A stretch of DNA of 64,000 nucleotides from Macrostomum lignano (Eukaryota): positions 57,118-121,117 of the forward strand of contig NIVC01001866.1 in the NCBI GenBank assembly GCA_002269645.1, read 5' to 3'. How positions within the stretch are numbered: the stretch's first letter is position 1; every line of letters begins with the position of its first letter. The translations under genes were made by a program, and so were the position numbers. Under the pieces are notes generated by a model. It was given only the letters and a program-made list of their open reading frames with translations, ran no database searches and had not been told where the DNA came from. Of the stretch, positions 1-10,000 are shown piece after piece.

Positions 1-454
1 CCCAAACCTTCAGATTGAAATGTGTTTTTGCCGCTCAAAACTGTTTGCCCAGTTGCATAATAGCAAGACCAGGGTACGCAGATAAGACCGGCTCCTTCGT
101 GAATTAGTTATACACACTCGCTCACCGCAGTGCCATCTGTCTGTCCTGGACATAGTCTGCTTCTGCTTGTAGTAAGAGTTTAGCCCATAGTGGACGGCAG
201 TCAGTCAGTCTATTAAAGAGATCACCGCTGGGCGACGGGGGGGGGCAGACGGAGCGATTGTCCAGCACCCCTGCGGCGCCTGTCCGTCAGGAGAAAATCC
301 TGCACGCCCGACACCGAAATTATTAAGGGAGCTTTGAAAAAATAATTTCCGATTAGGGGTGATTTCCTTTTTAATTGTGCTGTGGGAGTTTACTGGTTGG
401 TGAAGATTCGGGTTAATATAGTGATAATGCATTCATTGATGTCCCGCAACCATG

Positions 455-609
455 CAGCGCTGAGGCAATTTTGCGCATTCCGCTGACTCCTGAGCACACA
501 AGCGCACCAATGCTGTACACAGGCACGCACTCATACACACGCTCACACAGGGTGTACAGCGGCCCTGACTTTCTAAGGGTAGGCTCTGCTGAGCTACCTT
601 GCCCCCCCC
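455..609 (-). mobile_element. tRNA-derived SINE family 2, internally deleted copy (A-box head joined to the 3' body)
   Basis: The minus strand reads GGCAAGGTAGCTCAGC, then TTAGAAAGTCAGGGCCGCTGTACACCCTGTGTGAGC...GTGCTCAGGAGTCAGCGGAATG...GCCTCAGCGCTG. This matches the body of the fuller copy at 37608-37868. Confidence 0.65.
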
Positions 610-629
610 TTGATTCAGGTTGATTAATA

Positions 630-1272
630 TTCGGGTTGGTGAAGATTCCGGTTGGTGAAGATTCAGGTTGATGAAGATTCAGGTTGGTGAAGATTCGGGT
701 TGGTGAAGATTAGGGTTGGTGAAGATTCCGGTTGGTGAAGATTCAGGTTAGTGAAGATTCGGGTTGGTGAAGATTCGGGTTGGTGAAGATTTGGGTTGGT
801 GAAGATTCGGGTTGGTGAAGATTCGGGTTGGTGAAGATTCGGGTTGGTGAAGATTCGGGTTGGTGAAGATTCGGGTTGGTGAAGATTCGGGTTGGTGAAG
901 ATTCGGGTTGGTGAAGATTCGGGTTGGTGAAGATTCGGGTTGGTGAAGATTCGGGTTGGTGAAGATTCGTGTTGGTGAAGATTCGGGTTGGTGAAGATTT
1001 GGGTTGGTCAAGATTCGGGTTGGTGAAGATTCCGGTTGGTGAAGATTCGGGTTGGTGAAGATTCGGGCTGGTTAAGATTCAGGTTGGTGAAGATTCGGGC
1101 TGGTTAAGATTCAGGTTGGTGAAGATTCGGGTTGATGGCGATTCGAGTTGGTGAAGATTCGAGTTGGTGAGGATTCGAGTTGGTGAAGATTCGAGTTGGT
1201 GAGGATTCGAGTTGGTGAAGATTCGAGTTGGTGAGGATTCGAGTTGGTGAAGATTCGGGTTGGTGAGGATTC
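630..1272. repeat. 16-bp minisatellite (GGTTGGTGAAGATTCG)n
   Basis: The unit is directly visible. The 16-aa periodicity of ORF 748-1011 equals 3 x 16 nt. One stray unit sits at about 395-414. Confidence 0.97.
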
Positions 1273-2347
1273 GCGAAGAATCGGTGGTCAGTATGGTTAG
1301 TTTTTCGAATTGACTCCCGGTTGCCATGACCACAAAGGCAAAGTCATGAGATTTTCGAGACTTTCCATTCACGCCTGTCGACAAGCCCGCACGACGCTTT
1401 TGTCCAAGCTCCTAATTAACATATGCAAATTAGTTGAATTTTATCAAAGCAATCGCCAGCGCAGATTTAGTTTGCGCAGCGCTACATGCTAGGCAATCCC
1501 GAATGCGAGATTTTCAAGTTCCGCGGATTATTGTCGCCGACACGCTCACTGACTTCGAACACTCCTAAGTTTGGTTTGCATGGCAACAAAAGAAAGGTTC
1601 CACGCAGATTGGAAATCTGCATAGTTACTCTTTCAGTTTAAATAGTCCTCTTTGTAGGCTCGGGTGTCCTATAAAGAGAGTTTAGCAAGTACTGGTTGGC
1701 TCGGATTACCTGGGTCAAGCACCGTGTGTTAGTTTCTGTGGCGCATAATAGACTGTTGCGCAATAAGAGCCAGTCAAGGATGACTGTCTCGTACATAGAT
1801 ACTCTTATTCTAACTGGTAAATGGGCCTAATTAAAGCGAGGTAGTGTCTCTGAGGTACAAAATTTCTACACGTTTCAAGGTACGGATCGCCCCTCACACT
1901 CAACCAGGGCGTCCACTTTTATTGCTCGCCGTAATTCAACAGTGCTGGGCTCAATCAGTGTAATAAATTCTACACTCTGAGGAAGAGACAACACTGAAAA
2001 TGTGTCCAATGGATGCGCACCAGTGTGTATTGTATATAACTGTAAATAGTATTGGATACGACCGTAGTTCATCCAGATGATTTATGAACGCAAAACTCAT
2101 CTCCATCAGGGCCATCAGTGCTTTTTGCCATTAAAAATGGGGCATCCGTTATCAGTTTTGGCCATCTAATACTGTTACTATAGTGGTTGTTGGAGTTGTG
2201 ACTGATTTTTTATTGTCTATCTACCTTGGAAATCGATTGAAAATATGGCATCATCGTTTGACCCTTTAAGTGCTTCACAATGACCAACTATAGCTTGGGC
2301 GGTCTAATTCATGGAGAGGAAGATTTCTAAGAGACTACTGGCGTTCT

Positions 2348-3420
2348 TGTGCTGGCGCCCCTTGTGCTGGCGCCCCTGGTGCTGGCGCCCCTGGTGCTGG
2401 CGCCCCTGGTGCTGGCGCCCCTGGTGCTGGCGCCCCTGGTGCTGGCGCCCCTGGTGCTGGCGCCCCTGGTGCTGGCGCCCCTGGTGCTGGCGCCCCTGGT
2501 GCTGGCGCCCCTGGTGCTGGCGCCCCTGGTGCTGGCGCCCCTGGTGCTGGCGCCCCTGGTGCTGGCGCCCCTGGTGCTGGCGCCCCTGGTGCTGGCGCCC
2601 CTGGTGCTGGCGCCCCTGGTGCTGGCGCCCCTGGTGCTGGCGCCCCTGGTGCTGGCGCCCCTGGTGCTGGCGCCCCTGGTGCTGGCGCCCCTGGTGCTGG
2701 CGCCCCTGGTGCTGGCGCCCCTGGTGCTGGCGCCCCTGGTGCTGGCGCCCCTGGTGCTGGCGCCCCTGGTGCTGGCGCCCCTGGTGCTAAAGCCCCTTGT
2801 GCTAAAGCCCCTGGTGCTAAAGCCCCTTGTGCTAAAGCCCCTGGTGCTAAAGCCCCTTGTGCTAAAGCCCCTGGTGCTAAAGCCCCTGGTGCTAAAGCCC
2901 CTGGTGCTAAAGCCCCTTGTGCTAAAGCCCCTGGTGCTAAAGCCCCTGGTGCTAAAGCCCCTGGTGCTAAAGCCCCTGGTGCTAAAGCCCCTGGTGCTAA
3001 AGCCCCTGGTGCTAAAGCCCCTGGTGCTAAAGCCCCTGGTGCTAAAGCCCCTGATGCTAAAGCCCCTGGTGCTAAAGCCCCTGGTGCTAAAGCCCCTGCT
3101 GCTAAAGCCCCTGCTGCTAAAGCCCCTGCTGCTAAAGCCCCGGTGCTAAAGCCCCTGCTGCTAAAGCCCCTGGTGCTAAAGCCCCTGGTGCTAAAGCCCC
3201 TGCTGCTAAAGCCCCTGCTGCTAAAGCCCCTGCTGCTAAAGCCCCTGCTGCTAAAGCCCCGGTGCTAAAGCCCCTGCTGCTAAAGCCCCTGCTGCTAAAG
3301 CCCCTGGTGCTAAAGCCCCTGGTGCTAAAGCCCCTGCTGCTAAAGCCCCTGCTGCTAAAGCCCCGGTGCTAAAGCCCCTGCTTCTAAAGACCCGGTGCTA
3401 GAGTCCCGGTGCTAAGCCCC
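2348..3420. repeat. 15-bp minisatellite: (GCTGGCGCCCCTGGT)n switching at about 2789 to (GCTAAAGCCCCTGGT)n
   Basis: Directly visible; gives the 5-aa periodic ORFs WRPWC, LAPLV and LKPLV. Confidence 0.98.
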
Positions 3421-5123
3421 TGTTGCTGTGGTGTTGGCAACCCTGCTGTCCCTTGGTGGTGGTGCCCTCTAAATGGCGCCTCTGGTACTGACGCCCCTCG
3501 CTGTCAACCCGCGCTGCATGGCGGCGCCCTTGGCCCCTCCCAAAATGCAGCACTCAATAAAAAATCCTGGTTACGTGTACTATCCTGAGACTGTTTCCAT
3601 ATAAATGCAAAATCCTTATGGCTGTAACCAAAATGCAAAAGTTGGCCATATGCAAGCATTCAAACAAATACGAGTAGTTGTTACACATGTAACATGCGTC
3701 GCAGACTAAAATCGAACGAAATTCCAACCGGGTACACACCAACACACCGGTGTTTGCAGTCCACTCTCTCGCCTTCCATACTTTATAATATAATACACAT
3801 TATACGGCACGTCTATTATGCATTTCCTACTCCGCACGTGTTCTAAAATGAAGCTTTAGCCGAGTGGGAAAGTGTGTGTGTGGTGTGTAAATTATTCACC
3901 AAATAGGCAGGTGGGTGGGGCTGCGGTCAGGACCGGACTTTGCGAGATCAAATTTTTAGCTCTTGTCCACTATATCTCTGTCCACACCTGGCCCCCTTGT
4001 CCGAAATAGCTCAAGGTAAAGATCTTTGTTGCTAAGGCTCGGGCCCGTGCTCACTTCATCCTCATATCGGCCATCTCGGGAATGGAAGAGAAGGCCGGAG
4101 GGGATCAGGGCCAGGGGACTCGAAGGGAGGGATATGGCACCGCGTGAGGTAGAATTATAATAAGTCTAAGAAAGAACCGCACTACTTATTAATTTAATTA
4201 GGGTTTCGCCATTCTCCTAGCCTGATTGAAAGCTTCCCACTTAAATGGGATTGGTAAGCTGTAGGAGGGAACTCGACATTTCCAATTGTTTCATATATTC
4301 CGGTCCCATGCCTGGGGGGATTCCTCAGCGGACCCACCTCTCTCAGAGATGGAAAATCTGAGATACTAACACTACTACGTTGCTGTTAAGGAGAAGGTCT
4401 TTATGCTCACCCAAGCAGGGGTAGCGATCTGAGCCGAACAAGTCGAGAAAATTCTAAGCGAGAATTTTTACTATTGTGTTTTCAATTACCCGCAACCATT
4501 AAAATCGTCGACACTGCATGCATGTCTACATTGATTTAGTCAATCAAACTAAACTATGTTGATCGACTAGGTTCCGTGGTTACTCCTGTACATATATGTA
4601 CATGTACGCTTGTTCTTTTTGATCATACGAGCTTTTTATAAAAATTTTAAATTCATGATTGCTCTCTTGAAAGTTTAAAATTAATTACATTAAGGGCTTG
4701 CATACATGTCAGATAAATATTTTTTTCGACAGCCATCGAGTAAACGTCATTTATTCAACACAAGTAAGCATTTAAAAGTAAATAAACTTATATTCATTTT
4801 GCTTCTCTTTAGCTTAGCTTTAGCGGGGGAATTCCTTATTGATTTTATCCTAAGGTAGCTAAAAAAAATCAACTGTACCTGCAAAAAAGCACTGCAGGCT
4901 TTAAATGTTGATTGACTTTCTAATATATGTACTTTTTAACTTAGACCTGAAAAATAGTTCTTACTTTAATCTATATAGAAAACCGTATAGTTGCAACTGT
5001 TGCCGTCTTGCTGAAAATGAATATTCTCCGAGATGGAAAATTTGTTATAATATTTTGATTATTAGAAACACACGAAAAAACAAAACAACAAAAATTAAAA
5101 AGAGAACTCCGCCGTGGATCACG

Positions 5124-5575
5124 TGTGACGAGTTTATTTAGTTCGAGAACATGGGACTGATGCGCGTGCGCGTGCTGAGTCTGAGTGTTGATCTTGTCCT
5201 AGGCCAATATACGTATTATTAATTTAACAACTCAATTGCTAGTCTGAATAATGGTGAGTAGGTCAGAAGCAGTATGGCAATGCCAACTATTACCAAAGGG
5301 TAACCTGAGACGATAATATAATGTTAATGCCACCCAGCCTACGGGAACTAAGACCAACACACAGAGCGCAGGACTCTACACAAAAACTATCAAGAAGCAA
5401 AATTTGAATAACTGCACTAATTGAAAATAGAAAAACAAAATTAAACCAAATGAGGAAAGTAACTAAAAAATAAGTTACAAACATTAGACCAAAATAGATA
5501 TAGTTTTAAATATTAATTGCAAAAAAACATAAATACGAAATTGAACATTTTCAATACAGAAGCGACGACGTTACA
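5124..5575 (-). repeat. 3' LTR of the Gypsy element
   Basis: TGTGACGAG...GACGTTACA on the plus strand. No difference from the other LTR seen by eye. The same 64-aa spurious ORF occurs in both, at offset 8687. Confidence 0.97.
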
Positions 5576-5590
5576 TCCGCCCCTTTCCGC
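5576..5590 (-). other. Polypurine tract (PPT)
   Basis: Minus strand GCGGAAAGGGGCGGA directly abuts the TGTAAC start of the 3' LTR. Confidence 0.85.
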
Positions 5591-5861
5591 AAAAATTAGG
5601 GAACGGCCTGGCGATCTTATGAATTCGAAAATAACAGGGCTTAAAATGTAATAAAATGTCAACGAAGTTGTTATTTGAGCGCACTCGAACTCCACAAATA
5701 TTGGTTGGGAATAAAAGCAGTAGACGATCGATTAAGCAATAAGTAACGATATAAAATTCAGTAATATAACTATTGTATATTCGCGAAAAATTAATTGAGA
5801 GACAAACGGTCAGAAGGAATCAAAAGTGGATTAAGACATACGAGCGAACGAAACGCCAAAG

Positions 5862-6680
5862 GAGGCCGATGGTAGCCGGTATTAGGCCGATGGTAGCCGG
5901 CAGGAGCAGGCCGATGGTAGCCGGCGTGAGCAGGCCGATGGTAGCCGGCAGGAGCAGGCCGATGGTAGCCGGCAGGAGCAGGCCGATGGTGGCCGGCAGG
6001 AGGCCGATGGTAGCCGGCAGGAGGCCGATGGTAGCCGGCAGGAGGCCGATGGTAGCCAGCAGGAGGCCGATGGTAGCCGGCAGGAGCAGGCCGATGGTAG
6101 CCGGCAGGAGCAGGCCGATGGTAGCCGGCAGGAGGCCGATGGTGGCCGGCAGGAGGCCGATGGTAGCCGGCAGGAGGCCGATGGTAGCCGGCAGGAGGCC
6201 GATGGTAGCCGGCAGGAGGCCGATGGTAGCCGCAGGAGCAGGCCGATGGTAGCCGGCGTGAGCAGGCCGATGGTAGCCGGCAGGAGCAGGCCGATGGTAG
6301 CCGGCAGGAGCAGGCCGATGGTGGCCGGCAGGAGGCCGATGGTAGCCGGCAGGAGGCCGATGGTAGCCGGCAGGAGGCCGATGGTAGCCAGCAGGAGGCC
6401 GATGGTAGCCGGCAGGAGCAGGCCGATGGTAGCCGGCAGGAGCAGGCCGATGGTAGCCGGCAGGAGGCCGATGGTGGCCGGCAGGAGGCCGATGGTAGCC
6501 GGCAGGAGGCCGATGGTAGCCGGCAGGAGGCCGATGGTAGCCGGCAGGAGGCCGATGGTAGCCAGCAGGAGGCCGATGGTAGCCAGCAGGAGGCCGATGG
6601 TAGCCAGCAGGAGGCCGATGGTAGCCAGCAGGAGGCCGATGGTAGCCGGCAGGAGGCCGATGGTGGCTGGCAGGAGACCG
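5862..6680. repeat. 21/24-bp GC-rich tandem array (GGCCGATGGTAGCCGGCAGGA[GCA]) in the 3' UTR of the retrotransposon
   Basis: Directly visible between the pol stop (7038) and the PPT; contains a higher-order duplication of about 332 bp. Confidence 0.95.
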
Positions 6681-7037
6681 ATCCCCCCCCCCTAATAACT
6701 ACAACTGCAGAACCCCCCCCCAAAGACGAAAGAAAAGAACCTAAGGTGGAAAGGCACAAGAAAGCTAGGAAAGTTTCACACCAGGCTTAGAGCGTTGCAG
6801 CAACGATAGCCCGCAACACAGCCAAGGCAAATGATATGTGTGAAAACCAAAGCAGACCACCAGCACTGAAAACTGAAAACTCAAATTTACCTTTTCATGG
6901 TTACTTTAACGACTGCTGCAATGTCGTATTCGAATATTTCCATTTCAATATTTTTGGATTTTTTAAAAGTTTTTTTGTCAGTTACAAATCATTAGTAGTG
7001 AGCAATGACCCCAAGTAAGCCCCATTAAGGTTAAACG

Positions 7038-10000
7038 CTAGGCGCTGTTGCTTAAATGTCCGTTCCTCGAACACAGACGCACTATAGTGTTCAAGAAACG
7101 CTGAGGCTTACGCACCAGACGGCCGGAACGGGTCGTCGTAATCGGCGTAGTGACTGGACCAGCTGGAAATGCTTCCACTTTATCACTATCCACGGTATCT
7201 TGCGCTGGTGGTGTCTCTTGAATACAATGGCTGCCACTCGTTGGACTTTCTGGACGCAAGCCGTCCATTGCAGGCATGGTAGTGCTGCTTTCATGGACTC
7301 GAGATTCTGGCAGCTGTTCTTCTGTGTTGTTCTGCGGTACTTCCACTTCTGCACCAATTTCAGGTACCTGGTAATCCTGTTGCAGATTCCCCGAGTCTGC
7401 CACTTCTACGAAAGCGCTAGGCAAGCTTGGCGACTGGTTTCGTGCTAAACGATCAGGCGACGATGTGTGCGGTGGATCAGGCGCTGATGTGTGCGGTGGA
7501 TCAGGCGCTGGTGGATGCGGTGGATCAGGCGCTGATGTGCGCGGTGGATCAGGCGCTGATGTGTTCGGTGGATCAGGCGCTGATGTGTGTGGTGGATCAG
7601 GCGCTGATGTGTGCGGTGGATCAGGCGCTAATGTGCGCGGTGGATCAGGCGCTGGTGTGTGTGGTGGATCAGGTGCTGATGTGTGCGGTGGATCAGGCGC
7701 TTCGTCATCCTGTGTGTTGGGAACTTCAGCTTCTGGTTCCGGCTCACTGCAGGTAGTGGCCGATGAACCCCAGGAGTCACTGCGAGACTCGGATTGATCA
7801 TCCAGTTGGCCTAATCTCGAAGGTGGAATCAGAGCTGGGACCCTGAGTTCGAACCGGTCGGCGATATCTTGGTACGTTTGCTTGCGGATACACCGCTTCA
7901 TTCGGTCTACGTTGTAGATGTTATGACTCGGATTTGGTGTTTGGCAGATTGGATTGATGCGAGCGAATTCGGGAATGAGGCGGTAGTTTCGCTCAGAAAC
8001 CTTTTGAACTACTTTGTATGGCCCTAACCAGACGGCTGAGTCTAATCCCCGATGGTCGGGGTTGAGTACCCACACCAGTTCTCCGATTTCGAAGTTGGAG
8101 TGAATGGTATTACGATCATAATTCCGCTTTTGCCTCTGTTGGGCCTTACCTCGCTCCATGCGGGCGATCGCCGATACCTCCACCAATAGTTTGTGCAGCT
8201 TGTGTGCATAACAGTCTGGATCATACCTGTCGTGCCTTGGCGGGTTGAACAGCAGGTCTAGAGGCAGCACAAGTTCCCGACCGAAAAAGAGCCTGGCTGG
8301 GGTCCAGCCTGTGGATTCGGCCACAGTCGTCCGGATTGAAAGACCGGCCAAACGAGCTGCATAGACCCAATTGACTCTTTTTTCAAGGCAAATTGCACGA
8401 ATCTGCGCTTTGATTGATTGTATGGTCCTTTCCGCTTTACCGTTTGATTGCGGCCTGTGTGCGGTGATACGTGCCATGTCTATTTCAAGTAGTCTGGTGA
8501 GCTCCGCTACCGTTTTATTTATGAAGGCCGTGCCATTATCCGAAACAAGTTTCTCCATAGTGCCATATCGAACTATCCACTCGGTTAGTATAACTGTGGC
8601 GGTAGTTGCGGCCGAGACGTCTGGGACAGGCACGATCTCTACATACCCAGAAAAGTTATCTACTAGCACCAGCAAGTAACGGTTGCCCTCCTGCTCTGGG
8701 AAAGGCCCTGCGTGGTCAACGTGCACAATTTGATTTGGATAGCCTGATAAAATTGGTTCTAATGGTTCTTTATTCTTCCGTTTGTTCTTCTTAGTGCGGC
8801 AGCATACCTCGCATTCAGCAATGATTCCCTTCACGAATACTTCGAGGTTTGTGATTTGGAACCTTTGTTTTAAGGCCCGGACTGTTTTGTTGATTCCGCA
8901 GTGATTAATGTCTCTGTGATAGCAGGAAACTAGCTCATCAACATCTGCTGTCTCTGGTATGATTATGAGTCGCTGACTGACTTGGCCCTGCTTAGCGGGT
9001 TTGACGCGAGTCAGAAGGCCATTTACAACTTCGAGTTCGTCAAACATGGCCCAAAGCGTTCGAATTTCACGACTGCAGTCCTGGACTTCAACCTTAGTTA
9101 GTCTTGGAGATTTCCCTTCAACGGCCTCAATCAATCTCACGAGATCTGTGCTAGATTCTTGAGCTTCTCTAGCCCATAGATTCTCGGAGTTTTCTGACAT
9201 CTCATCCTCAGATGTTTCTCCCTCCGGGTCCGGATCCTGGGCTGTCGAAGGCAAGCTAAGCGACCGATGGCTTCTGACCTCATCCGACCCTTCATGGCTG
9301 GTCAAAATCTCGGAAGGATACTTCGGCTCTTGGTTTGATTGGTGGGGCTCCGTCTGGCAGCAAGCGTCTATTTGTGCTGTTCTCAGCTGCACAGCGGGCA
9401 TGCTGTCTGTATCCTCATCCTCGTCCTGGCACCTTTGCTCCTCCAACTTCCTAAATTTGTCTTGGAAAGCAGGGATTTTGCTGCACGTTGGGCAGTCATG
9501 GTGATCTGACCTAAACCTGGGGTTGCGGCTGAGCATATCCGCGTTAACATGATCACGGCCAGGACGATGCTCCACTGAGAAGTCATACTCCGCAAGTCGT
9601 TCCAGTGGTGTCTGACATACCTTAAAGTTGTAGACGTCAATGGTTGCCAGCCACTGAGCTAGCATGCCCGTGCTATGTTTTTTGGTGTGCAGCCACTGCA
9701 AGGCTGCTGCATCGGAACGCACCAGAAAACTGCGGTCCAAGAGGTACGTTCTGAAGTGTTCTAACATAATGACCAAGCCAAGTAGTTCGCGCATAGTAGC
9801 ACAATAGTTCCGCTGGGAGTGCGTGAATTTCTTGGACGCGTACGCCACAACGTGCTCTTGTCCATCTGGGCCTTCTTGTGACAATACTCCGCCAACTCCT
9901 TCGAGCGAGGAGTCACAGTCCAAGATGAAGGGCCCAGCTGACGGCTTGAGGTCAGGATATGCTAGAACTGGAGGAGCACATAAATTGGCCTTCAACTCTT

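Noticed and set aside
2311-3149. Long periodic ORFs (WRPWC, LAPLV/LKPLV)
   Set aside because: Translations of a 15-bp satellite, with no unique coding flanks or splice context.
4150-4460. Coding-looking stretch on the minus strand (e.g. GTGIYETIGNVEFPPTAYQSHLSGKLSIRLGEW)
   Set aside because: Short, stop-interrupted and not recognisable; possibly decayed transposon DNA, but unsupported.
5791-6759. env gene downstream of pol
   Set aside because: No signal peptide, furin site or TM anchor; the frame consists of tandem repeats and starts at TTG.
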